Shown here: positions 26,256 to 37,830 of the stretch, piece by piece
Layout of the letters: the number at the start of each line of letters is the position of its first letter
Position numbering within the stretch: the first letter of the stretch is position 1
Origin: Flectonema sp. DT1601
Lineage: Eukaryota
Direction: 5' to 3'
DNA: 64,000 nt
NCBI GenBank assembly: GCA_964019425.1
Contig: OZ025780.1
Location: 1,488,001-1,552,000, forward strand
The notes under the pieces: model-generated
Database searches by the model: none
Told to the model about the DNA's origin: nothing
The model's input: only the letters and a program-made list of their open reading frames with translations
Translations under genes and position numbers: made by a program

Positions 26256-27901
26256 GTGACCAACCTTGACATTCTTTCTTTTCTCTCCTGTTGTGACAAA
26301 CACAAAATACACACACAGCTTACAGTGTGTTCTTTGTGTATGTTTTCTTCAGGTGTGAGTAGTTTTTTTGTTCTTGCTCTTCAGGGAGGGCCTTAGCCAA
26401 AAGCTAACAGTCCAAATCTCACCTGGAAATTCAACTCAGTCCTTGTCAGTTTTGGCATCAAACTTGTAATGGTTTAATCATTACAGGTTATTTACTGAAA
26501 TATTTGTTCTAAAAGTTGCTAAGTATTTCTCACTTAGAAATTTTTTATTTTTTTATTTTCAGCTTAATTAGCTACAAATTGTTTCTACTAAGTGTTTCTC
26601 ACTTAGATTTTTTTTTTGCTTTTCAGCTCCTTAAAAGCTGCTAAGTGTTTCTGCTAAGTGTTTCTCACTTAGAATTTTATTTTTATGTTCGTTTTCTATC
26701 CCTTCTCCTATCCCTTTTGTTCAAAATAAGCGGGAGGAAATTCTCTCATTCACGCTAAGATGCACTCTGAACTTTGATTTTTTGATCTGAGTGTGAGGGA
26801 ATGACCTGTTAGTGCATTGGGCATAGGCTGGGCTGCAGTTTAGATGTCTTAGGTGTTAATAGGGGGTTCCTCTTAGCATTTTTCTTTGTTCCCACCTTAT
26901 GATTTTCTTGAAGAAAAAAAATAGAAGTCATAATGGTGCTTCCCTCTGGAAGGGTTGTAAGCCATGGTGTCCAACTAGATTAATGGACAAGTCTGGGATA
27001 ATCCCTGCCAGAGGGGCGAGTATTCTACCATGGTTGAAATACTCTGGCAACTGATCTTCAATTTTATGTTGTTTGTTAGCTGCTGGTGTAATTAAATCAT
27101 GTGTTGATACTTGCATTTGTTTATTTGTTATCTTTTACTACAATAACGCTTGCCTATATCTTTTCTTTTTATTCCCTATCTGTTCTGATCTGTTACTTCA
27201 TTTGTCTTGTTTAACTTCAGTTATATGCATTTTACTTTTTATTGTTTCCCATCTACTTTTTATTTTCTATTAGTTCTGGTCAGAAACTCCTGGGCAGCAA
27301 GAAGGAAAGTAGTTAAGTACTTCTGGGTGTTTGGCATCACCCCCCATAGTGAGCAAGTACAACAGGTAGCATTGGTAGTCTGTTGATCCTGAGTGATCCC
27401 AGCTACAGTTTTGTTTTTCTTTCTTTTTTTTAGAAGAAGATCAGGACATCCAAGCACTGCTGGATAGTTGCTGAATGCAGGGCCTGCCTGTGGCATTATA
27501 ATAACAGGCTAAGTCATTTGTAGTTCATAGTTTACCTTTGATTTTATAACTTCACACAGGGTACTATGAACGATGAGAGATCCAGTGGGATCACTCAGGG
27601 TCTAGTAGAGACCACCAATGTTGTGCGTTGATAGGCAAGGTGACCAACCTTGACATTCTTTCTTTTCTCTCCTGTTGTGACAAACACAAAATACACACAC
27701 AGCTTACAGAATTTCGATAAAGTGGGAAGTAACGGACTGGGAGCTTTTGGCTCCTGCCCTATTCCCGATGTAAACTTTCTTTTAATTTTTATTTTTTTTT
27801 AACAGGCCCAAAGGGCGACAATGATGGTTGCTGACCAAGGAATAATATTCAAATGAATTTTCGTTTCAAAGAAACGAACAGAATTAAGAGAGAGGCAGAG
27901 G

Positions 27902-27932
<31 letters not shown>

Positions 27933-28274
27933 GAAAAAAAAAAATGAAGAGGAAATAATCAAACATGAAAAAAAAAAAAAAAAAAAATATATATATATAA
28001 ACAAAAAATGTTGTATGAAAAAGGAAAAAAAAGAAAAAAAAAAGACCAGAAAAGGAAAGAGAAAATGAAAAGGTATAATATTATTGTGGGGATATGAGGG
28101 ATAGCAGGGAGATGCTCTTTTTTTTTTTTTTTTTTTTTTTTTCTTATTTATTATTTAAAAAAGTGTTCTTTGTGTATGTTTTCTTCAGGTGTGAGTAGTT
28201 TTTTTGTTCTTGCTCTTCAGGGAGGGCCTTAGCCAAAAGCTAACAGTCCAAATCTCACCTGGAAATTCAACTCA
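26256..28274 (+). mobile_element. Element B copy 1: one 1384-bp unit plus ~180 bp repeat, interrupted by element A at 27709-28162
   Basis: GTGACCAACC at 26256 recurs at 27640; ends at GGAAATTCAACTCA; inserted in the 31-bp minisatellite with no TSD; non-coding. Confidence 0.85.
27709..28162 (-). mobile_element. Element A, short truncated copy (head only)
   Basis: Fixed end GAATTTCGATAAAGTGGG at 27709; the B sequence resumes at 28163 with a 1-2 bp loss. Confidence 0.9.
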
Positions 28275-29391
28275 CTTTACAGTTTTTGTGTGGAGCTTGT
28301 CGTTTTTTACAACTTGGTGTGGAGCTGGTGGTTTTTGAAAACTTTGTGTGTGGAGCTTGTCGTTTTTCGAAACTTTATGTGTGGAGCTTGTCGTTTTTGA
28401 AAACTTTGTAAGTCGAGCTGGTGGTTTTTAAAAACTTTGCGAGCGGAGCTTGTCGTTTTTTAAAAAAATTGTGTGTGGAGCTTGTCGTTTGTGAAAACTT
28501 TGTAAGTGGAGCTGGTGGTTTTTAAAAACTTTGCGAGCAGAGCTTGTCTTTGAAAACTTTGTGTGTGGAGCTTGTCGTTCTTGAAAACTTTGTGTGTGGA
28601 GCTTGTCGTTTTTGAAAACTTTGTGTGTGAAGCTTGTCGTTTTTAAAAACTTTGTGTGTGGAGCTTGTCGGTTTTTACAACTTTGTGAGTGGAGCTTGTC
28701 GTTTTTTAAAACTTTGTGTGTGAAGCTTGTCGTTTTTAAAAACTTCGTGTGGAGCTGGTGGTTTTTGAAAACTTTGTGTGCGGTGCTTGTCGTTTTTGAA
28801 AACTTTGCGAGTGGAGCTTGTCGTTTTTGAAAACTTTGTGTGTGGAGCTTGTCGTTTTTGAAAACTTTGTGTGGAGCTTGTCGTTTTTGAAAACTTTGTG
28901 TGTGGAGCTTGTTGTTTTTGAAAACTTTGTGTGTGAAGCTTGTCGTTTTTAAAAACTTTGTGTGTGGAGCTTGTCGTTTTTGAAAACATTGTGTGGAGCT
29001 TGTCGTTTTTGGAAACTTTGTGTGTGAAGCTTGTCGTTTTTAAAAACTTTGTGTGTGGAGCTTGTCGTTTTTGAAAACATTGTGTGTGGAGCTTGTCGTT
29101 TTTGGAAACTTTGTGTGTGAAGCTTGTCGTTTTTAAAAACTTTGTGTGTGGAGCTTGTCGTTTTTGAAAACTTTGCGTGTGGAGCTTGTCGTTTTTGAAA
29201 ACTTTGTGTGTAGAGCTTGTCGTTTTTTTACAGTTTTTGTGTGGAGCTTGTCGTTTTTTACAACTTGGTGTGGAGCTGGTGGTTTTTGAAAACTTTGTGT
29301 GTGGAGCTTGTTGTTTTTGAAAACTTTGTGTGTGGAGCTTGTTGTTTTTGAAAACTTTGTGTGTGGAGCTTGTGGTTTTTCGAAACTTTAT

Positions 29392-29775
29392 CCATGGTGT
29401 CCAACTAAATTAAAGGACAAGTCTGGGATAATCCCTGCCAGAGGGGCGAGTATTCTACCATGGTTGAAATACTCTGGCAACTGATCTTCAATTTTATGTT
29501 GTTTGTTAGCTGCTGGTGTATCTTGATCATGTGTTGATACTTGCATTTTTTTATTTGTAATCTTCTATTACAATTCTCTTTCTGTTCTGGTCTGTTACTT
29601 CATTTGTCTTGTTTAACTTCAGTTATATCCATTTTACTTTTTATTGTTTCCCATCTACTTTTTATTTTCTATTAGTTCTGGTCAGAAACTCCTGGGCAGC
29701 AAGAAGGAAAGCAGTTGAGTACTTCTGGGTGTTTGGCATCACCTCCCATAGTGAGCAAGTACAACAGGTAGCATT
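29392..29775 (+). mobile_element. Element B truncated copy, cut by element A at 29776
   Basis: Near-identical to 38036-38420. Confidence 0.85.
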
Positions 29776-30064
29776 GAATTTCGATAAAGTGGGAAGTAAC
29801 GGACTGGGAGCTTTTGGCTCCTGCCCTATTCCCGATGTAAACTTTCTTTTTATTTTTATTTTTTTTTAACAGGCCCAAAGGGCGACAATGATGGTTGCTG
29901 ACCAAGGAATAATATTCAAATGAATTTTCGTTTCAAAGAAACGAACAGAATTAAGAGAGAGGCAGAGGAAAAAAAAAAAAAAAGAAAGAAAAGAAAAGAA
30001 AAGAAAAAAAAAAATGAAGAGGAAATAATCAAACATGAAAAAAAAAAAAAAAAAAAATATATAT

Positions 30065-30840
30065 CAGTCATTCCTTTTTTTTGCGAACAAATTTTAGACA
30101 TTGAAAAAGATTTTCAAAAAAAAATTGTAAAATTTTCGATCGAAGCGGCATTTTAATGCGCTGCATCATTGGGTTCATTTCCGTCCGAAATCGGGAGGTT
30201 GGCATCACATACTTGTCACCCGAATTGAGAAAAGAGATTTTGTGGTTTACTAAATCAGCTCAGCCGTGGACAAGTACCAAAACTAAAAATTAATCGAAGG
30301 GTCTAATTTTACACTGCCGGTCCAGCGGGATCCAGAGAAAAAATAATCGAGCAAAAATATATTAAAGAGTACTAAGCATGTGCCGGTGAGGCAGATTGTT
30401 ACTACCTGTCTTTTTGGACCTACTTTGATACTTAATGATCATTATCACCACCACAGATGCAACATTTTCCTTACATAATTGCTACTAGGGTTGATTTGTT
30501 AGTAAAAAGGTGCATATCTCTTGAGTGCGGGAGAAGGGGGAAAAAATAGTGAAAAAAAAAAATTAGGGGTGTTTTTTACTCAGATTTTCTCGATCTTTCC
30601 ATTCCAGGTCTGGGATTAATATTTATCATTGAGTAGTACCAAGGAAATGTTGCAAAGAGACGTTTATCTCTTTTTAGCAGCACTTACCATGTTTAAAAGT
30701 ATATCCCTATGCCTAATTTTACAGATCGCACCCTCCCCGATTCCAAAAAATAAAAAATCGAGCAAAAGTAACATATCGTGTAACCTTGCTCAGGCGGTGA
30801 GAAAATGGTGTTTTTTGTTCGCAAAAAAAAGGAATGACTG
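30065..30840. mobile_element. Non-autonomous TIR element X inserted in (TA)n
   Basis: TIRs CAGTCATTCCTTTTTTTTGCGAACAAA / TTTGTTCGCAAAAAAAAGGAATGACTG; the first ~370 bp are near-identical to 63223-63597. Confidence 0.9.
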
Positions 30841-30850
30841 ATATATATAT

Positions 30851-32574
30851 TAGTCATTCCAAAAATAACCGGCCGCGAAAACCAGTTTTGCTTCGAGCAG
30901 CCGTTGGTCAAAAATGCATCCATTTTCGAGATTTTTTACGAGGTGGAAAGGTTCGGCCCCAATCTCTCATTTTACGCGATGGGATTATTTTTTTTTCACT
31001 TTTTTTACTGACCGTTGGAACCCGACAGGTGCGTTATGGGTACTAAGAGAATGTCACTGTCGGCACGGAAAAGTTAATCCTGTTGCTGCATTTAATTTTT
31101 TTCTGGAAAAAAAAGGGAAATGCATCAGAGATTGGCATTTTTTCTCGTAACTACACTTATTATTCCCTTAAGCACCAGCTTAAACTTCTCTTGTCACATG
31201 TGCCACGAGATGCCAGCTGAGTATGTCGTCGCGGATTTGCCAGAACCGGTAATGAGGACGCTAGATCGGAGTGGGAGAAAAGGCAATCTGCATCGCATGC
31301 CTCCGGAAATACAAGCACTTCGGGAATACAAGAACCGACAAGGCGTGCTCCTCAGACAACTACAACTGCACCTCGCACACTAACGCGAAAAGATGGAATC
31401 CGAAGTTCAACAAGCTTCTTGAGCCACCCTGCCGTGACTTCGCGGTAGTCTTGAAATCCCCGGCGTATGCTCCTCTGCGCTCAATCTGCAACGCTTGCTA
31501 CCAGCGAGCAAAAAGGCTGACTAGTGATCCGCATTACGCATCCGTCAGTGTCCCTGCAGAGCCGATCAATCCGGAACCGCTCTCCGATATTTTTGAACGC
31601 GTGAAAGAATCAGTTCCTGCTGTCCGTTCTCAGTTTTTGAGACTCTGTCTCACGCTAAGCTACACTGATAGCCAGATTAATGCCCATGTCAGGGATTCTT
31701 CAATGCGTAAGCAGCTACAGAGGCTGGAACAGCACGATCCCTCCCAATCAGTAAAGCAGCGCAGCCAAGACAGAGATATCTGGAACTTCTGGATTTCCAA
31801 TGCACGCCCTGAGTCAAACCGCGTGGTCCTCAGCAAAGACTACATAACCGGCGAGACAAGTAAAGAGACAGTCCTCCATGTAAAAGAACCATACCTTGCC
31901 TTGGAGTGCCTTCTGCAGAACTCACACAGCTATCTCATATGCTCAGTTTTGTGACAAAAGGCCTAAATGTGGGTTGGTGCGAGCCAACTTTCACCTGCTA
32001 CCAACACTGAGAGTGAGTCTATTTCAGAAACAACTGAACCCACCTCAGATTCTGGTGAGTCTTCTACTGGCTCTTACTCTGTTAGTGAATCTAGTTCTAG
32101 TTCCAGTTTCAGATCGCTGTGTTCAACTAGTTCTATTATCGGTTCATTGCCGGTAGGAAAACGAAGAAAGCCAGCAGTAAAAGTTGCCAAAAAAGCTAAG
32201 CCTAATCAAAAATAAAAATAGGCTAAGTGTAGTGTAAGATGTACAAGGTACTGTTTTGCTTCGAGCAGCCTTTGTAACTGTTTCAGAGTAAAACATCCGA
32301 CCAGGTACGGCCGGATATAGAACCATATACCGATTTTTCATTTTAGCACCCGGGGCAGCCGATTAGACATCAACAGTTCCATTATTCAAAAATTTCACCA
32401 CACAAAAATGTCACAATTTTTTTGAATCTCAGCTGCATTTTTTTGAATCGCAGCGGGAATGAAATCGGCGGTGCAAAAGCGATTAAAATGGGTATTCGGT
32501 TTTAAGTTTTACTCCCTATTTTCACCCATGAAATACTGGAACCCTAAAATGGACGGTTATTTTTGGAATGACTA
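30851..32574 (+). mobile_element. TIR element Y (related termini), with internally deleted coding remnants 31271-32215
   Basis: TIRs TAGTCATTCCAAAAATAACCG / CGGTTATTTTTGGAATGACTA within (TA)n; Cys-motif ORF (CIAC, CNAC) followed by a Ser-rich frame. Confidence 0.85.
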
Positions 32575-33941
32575 ATATATATAAATAAAAAACGTTGTAT
32601 GAAAAAGGAAAAAAAAGAAAAAAAAAAGACCAGAAAAGGAAAGAGAAAATGAAAAGGTATAATATTATTGTGGGGATATGAGGGATAGCAGGGAGATGCT
32701 CTTTTTTTTTTTTTTTTTTTTTTTCTTATTTATTATTTAAAAAAAGGAAACAATCAGTTTAGCGTCTCGATCAGGACGGAAAATAGAAATTAATCGACAT
32801 AGTTGATCGATAGAAAAAAAAAACAATGATAACATTGTTTATTCATTTTTTTTTTTTTTTTTTTTTTTTTAAATCTTTTTAATTATTTTAAAGAAAAAAC
32901 AATCAGTTTAGCGTCTTGACCAGGACGGAAAATAGTAAGTAATCGACATAGTCGATCGATAAAAAAAAAACAATGATAACATTGTTTATTCCTTTTTTTT
33001 TTTTTTTATTCTTTTTATTTATTTTTAAAGAAAAAACAATCAGTTTAGCGTCCTGACCAGGACGGAAAATAGAAAGTAATCGACATAGTCGATCGATAAA
33101 AAAAAACAATGATAACATTGTTTATTCTTTTTTTTTTTTTTTATTTTAATTCTTTTTATTTATTTTTTAAAAAGAAAAAAAATGGAAAATAGAAATTAGT
33201 CAACAAAGTCGAACGATAAAAAAAAACACAATGATAACATTGTTTATTCTTTTTTTTTTTATTTTTTTTATATTCTTTTTTATTAATCTTGAAAAAAAAA
33301 ACAATCAGTTTAGCGTCTTGACCAGGACGGAAAATAGAAAGTAGTCGACATAGTCGATCGATAAAAAAAACAATGATAACATTGTTTATTCTTTTTTTTT
33401 TTATTTTAAATTCTTTTTATTTATTTTTTAAAGAAAAAAAACGGAAAATAGAAATTAGTCGACAAAGTCGAACGATAAAAAAAAACAATGATAACATTGT
33501 TTATTCTTTTTTTTGTATTTTTTTATATTCTTTTTTATTAATTTTGAAAAAAAAAACAATCAGTTTAGCGTCTTGACCAGGACGGAAAATAGAAAGTAAT
33601 CGACATAGTCGATCGATAAAAAAAACAATGATAACATTGTTTATTCTTTTTTTTTTTTTTTTTTTAAATTCTTTTTATTAATTTTTTAAAGAAAAAAAAC
33701 GGAAAATAGAAATTAGTCAACAAAGTCGAACGATAAAAAAAAACAATGATAACATTGTTTATTCTTTTTTTTTATTTTTTTTTTTTAATATTTTTTTTTT
33801 TTTTTATTTTGAAAAAAAAACAATCAGTTTAGCGTCTTGACCAGGACGGAAAATAGAAAGTGATCGACATAGTCGATCGATAAAAAAACAATGATAACAT
33901 TGTTTATTCTTTTTTTTTATTTTAAATTCTTTTTATTATTT

Positions 33942-33981
33942 ATATCTGTACTTTATTGTTTTACATATCTGTACTTTATTG
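33942..33981 (+). other. Two tandem spliced-leader relics (ATATCTGTACTTTATTG x2) at the LINE 5' end
   Basis: The 17-mer occurs at 33942-33958 and 33965-33981. TCTGTACTTTATTG is the 3' end of euglenozoan SL exons (e.g. Leishmania, Diplonema). It lies 20 nt upstream of the ORF1 ATG. Confidence 0.8.
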
Positions 33982-34001
33982 ATTTCCAATAATTAACAAC
34001 T

Positions 34002-36609
34002 ATGACATTGGATCCAGGCCTATTTGGCCTGATGCTGGAGAAGATGGTGGGCATGCTCGGTGAGATGCAGAAGGGTTTGAATGTAAAGGGGGTTACTAAA
34101 CGCAACGGGGGAGAGAAGTCATCGGTGGATTTATCGCCGATGAATGAAGAATGGACGAGGGTACGTGGTAAACGGCCCAAGGTAGTGAAGCGCAAGTCTG
34201 AGCCGGCTCAAGCGCTGAATTCGTTTAGTGGACTGAAGGAGGTCCGATGTGATGGGAAGGCAGCAACGAATTTCGAAAAGGTGGGAAGTAACGGACTGGG
34301 AGCTTTTGGCTCCTGCCCTATTCCCGATGTAAACTTTCTTTTTATTTTTTTTTTTTTTTTTAACAGGCCCAAAGGGCGACAATGATGGTTGCTGACCAAG
34401 GAATAATATTCAAATGAATTTTCGTTTCAAAGAAACGAACAGAATTAAGAGAGAGGTAGAGAAAAAAAAAAAAAAAAAAAAAAAAAAAAGAAAGAATAGA
34501 AAAAAAATATGAAGAGGAAATAATCAAACATGAAAAAAAAAAAAAAAAATAAAATATAAATAAAAAACGTTGTATGAAAAAGGAAAAAAAGAAAAAAAAA
34601 AGACCAGAAAAGGAAAGAGAAAATGAAAAGGTATAATATTATTGTGGGGATATGAGGATAGCAGGGAGATGCTCTTTTTTTTTTTTTTTTTTTCTTTTTT
34701 TTTTTATTTATTATTTAAAAAAAGAAACAATCAGTTTAGCGTCTCGATCAGGACGGAAAATAGAAATTAATCGACATAGTCGATCGATAGAAAAAAAACA
34801 ATGATAACATTGTTTATTCCTTTTTTTTTTTTTTTTTTTTTTATTCTTTTTATTTATTTTTAAAGAAAAAACAATCAGTTTAGCGTCCTGACCAGGACGG
34901 AAAATTGAAAGTGATCGACATAGTCGATCGATAGAAAAAAAACAATGATAACATTGTTTATTCCTTTTTTTTTTTTTTTTTTTTTTATTCTTTTTATTTA
35001 TTTTTAAAGAAAAAACAATCAGTTTAGCGTCCTGACCAGGACGGAAAATTGAAAGTGATCGACATAGTCGATCGATAGAAAAAAAACAATGATAACATTG
35101 TTTATTCTTTTTTTTTTTTTTTTTTTTTTTAAATCCTTTTAATTATTTTAAAGAAAAACAATCAATTTGCCGAATGTGCAAGAGAAGCGGTGGGACTGCC
35201 AACTCCGTGATGATGACTGGTCTGTTCCAGTAATTTCGATGTCAGGCGTGTTTAACACGTCGATTACGTGTGGTGTGTCACTGGGCACGGCCTCTGATGT
35301 AGATGCGATGATTAAACTCCGACCGGGAACAAACCTCTCGGTAATTTGCAAGAAAAACCCTGGGGGCGGTAAGAAGATACAGTTCCCGGCGGTGGTAAAC
35401 GACGGTGTACTGACACATCGGACCGGTTGGATTGTATCAACCGGGAAACCAGCTACCCTCTTCCGTGGAGACGCTCTGACTGCCGGTGACAATCGAGTGG
35501 TATTGTTCCACCACCACGCGCTCCACTCCAACGACAAGGTGCCTTCGCCTAGTGAGCTATGCAAGAAGGCCTCCGACTTCTACACGGCAGTTACGAACCT
35601 GCCCATCGAGCCGCACCTCTTGTGGCCTGCCAACAAGAAGGAATCAGACCCTCATGTTAAGTCTGTGAACATGAGGGTGCCAGCAGACGCTGTTGACGCC
35701 TTGAGAAGGGCAAGTGGGAGTGGTGGGTACTTCTTATCAGTACCGAATTTCGCAGACACAGCACCGTGCAGGACGTCAATCCAGCTCACGGTGGATTTTA
35801 AGTTAGCCTCATCGCTAGCCGGTGAACTCCGGTTACCTCTGAGGTTCTACCGCCACTCACGCAAACTGGGGGTTGTGTGTCTGAAGACCGACGAAGATTA
35901 CGTTCGATCGAAGCTGGGTGAGAATGCACTGCCGCCTCCACCTGAAGGCCTCAAGTTCTGTTTGAGGAGCCGAGCCATTGATGCGATGAGTTCGCTGGAA
36001 GTAGTGCAGGTCTGTGCTCACCAAGGGTGGGAGATTAACGTCGTTGCTCGGTACAGGAGCAGAAAGGAGCTTCCTAAGATGATTGTAGTGGCCAAGGAGA
36101 AACCCAAGAGTAACTTCATCATTCTTCGTGATGACATGATCACAATCAAAGAGGTGGGCCTCGGCAAGCAGAATCCCGATAAGATGGACCTGGACGAGTT
36201 TCCTCACCTCTGTCAACCTAACGCTGCGCCATCTGTTGGAATTGATTTATCGCCACCGCCTGTTTCTCAGCAAAATCAGCAATATCTGCAAACGCTTCAA
36301 TCGAACAAACAGCAGCTGCCCATACCGCCTTCGCAGTACAACTGTCAACAATCCGACATTTCTAAATTGGTATCGCAGGTTACTGAACTAACGGCTGCTG
36401 TGAAGAGTCTACGGCAGGACCTTGCTGAAGAGAGGGATGCGAATAGATGTCTCCGAAAGGAGATTGAGTCCCTAAATAATGAAAAAGGATCGGGATCTCA
36501 GAGGCTGACCGTCTCAAGTAGGCAACGAGCTAACTCTGTTGCTGCTACTAAGTCTGAAATGGCTGACCGTCTTGATCGGAATGAGAAACGGGACTACTCG
36601 CGGAATTAG
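34002..36609 (+). CDS. LINE ORF1 (570 aa after removing insert 34274-35168)
   Basis: The join ACG AAT TT|G CCG AAT gives ...GKAATNLPNVQEKRW...; C-terminal Q-rich and coiled-coil region; AATTT is duplicated at the junctions. Confidence 0.8.
34268..35163 (-). mobile_element. Element A copy inserted in LINE ORF1
   Basis: Fixed end GAATTTCGAAAAGGTGGG; truncated after ~3.5 satellite units; AATTT on both sides. Confidence 0.9.
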
Positions 36610-37655
36610 CAACCACTTCCAATTGACTGTTTATTGGGAAAGACTCCGTCCTTGGAGTACTATTATTCTGTGAGTGGACTTCTGGAACTCTATCGTAGTG
36701 GTTTTCCGAGACACCCTGGTCCGATGTCTGATATATCGCCGCTGAGAATACTTAGTTGGAATGCGCTGTCGATGGTAAAACACCATGAATCTCTGGTACG
36801 GCTCGTTCAATCGGCTAATCCTGACATCCTCCATATTCAAGAAACTTGGCTCACTGATCTGGTTCTTGATGAACAGATTCAACTTCAGGGATACACCTGC
36901 TTCCGTAGGGACAGAATCAGATTAAATTTTAATGGCAAGGCAAAACGCGGTGGTGGACTGGCGACTTTCTGCAGGGACTCCCTTGTGGTCAGGAGATTAT
37001 CGGATCCAACTGAGCGTAATTCACCGTTTGAGGTGTTAGTTGTCGAGGTAATGACAGACATCGGTCCGATTACGTCTTCTAATGTGTATATTCCGCAGAA
37101 TTTCTTGGTGCCGACCTCTGTTGTCTTCGGTGAAGTAGTATGTGGAGATTTCAATGCTCACCATCGGTCGTGGTCGAGGGTGGTTCCAACAAGTAGTTCG
37201 TCGCGAGGTCTGTCAGTTCTTGATTGGATTAACGGAAATGGACTGCAGATTTGCGATGTTCCGCTGGATACAAGACCTTGTTCAGAGACTTCACCTGATT
37301 TGTTTCTTGTCGACAGCAATATTGAGGTGTTGAATGTACACCAGTACAGTGCGTCTGATAGTGGGTCCGACCACACGCCAATAGTGGTTGACATCTCGGT
37401 ATATCCGGGCTGCTCACAAATTACCACTCCCGCTCACCGCCGCTGGTTCTACAACAAGTTCGAGGATGAGCACTGGGTCTCATTTCGCGTGCTAACTGAA
37501 GCGCGAGCTCATCGTTTGGAGGGGATGTCTAATGTGAACAAGCTTGGATGTGAATTTATTAGTCTAATTGAGGAGGTGGCTATTGAAACGCTTCCAAACA
37601 AATGGTTCAAATCTGATACGAAGCGGAGGAAGAAATTACCTAAGCTGAGACCTAA
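36610..37655 (+). CDS. LINE ORF2 part 1: apurinic-like (APE) endonuclease
   Basis: LRILSWNA, PDILHIQETWL, RRDR...GGGLA, NVYIP, GDFNAHH, PDLF and SDHTPI motifs; first Met at 36724. Confidence 0.95.
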
Positions 37656-37830
37656 ATTTCGAAAAGGTGGGAAGTAACGGACTGGGAGCTTTTGGCTCCT
37701 GCCCTATTCCCGATGTAAACTTTCTTTTTATTTTTTTTTTTTTTTTAACAGGCCCAAAGGGCGACAATGATGGTTGCTGACCAAGGAATAATATTCAAAT
37801 GAATTTTCGTTTCAAAGAAACGAACAGAAT

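Larger units (their letters stand above)
22011..29390. repeat. 31-bp minisatellite array 'C' (GAAAACTTTGTGTGTGGAGCTTGTCGTTTTT)n, split into 22011-22676, 25623-26254 and 28276-29390 by insertions
   Basis: Tandem units seen directly; the array register continues across each insertion. Confidence 0.95.

Noticed and set aside
26345..26385. Two CTGAAGA motifs on the minus strand of B as hammerhead cores
   Set aside because: No stem II followed by GAAA and no stem III/NUH could be built.
26257..26438. Element B as an LTR/TRIM element (TG...CA ~180-bp terminal repeat)
   Set aside because: No TSD and no PBS adjacent to the repeat; the other copies start mid-unit and one lacks the terminal A. Kept only as an alternative.
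22005..29484. KTTSSTHKVFKNDKLHTQSF-type ORFs
   Set aside because: Frame-cycling translations of the 31-bp minisatellite.
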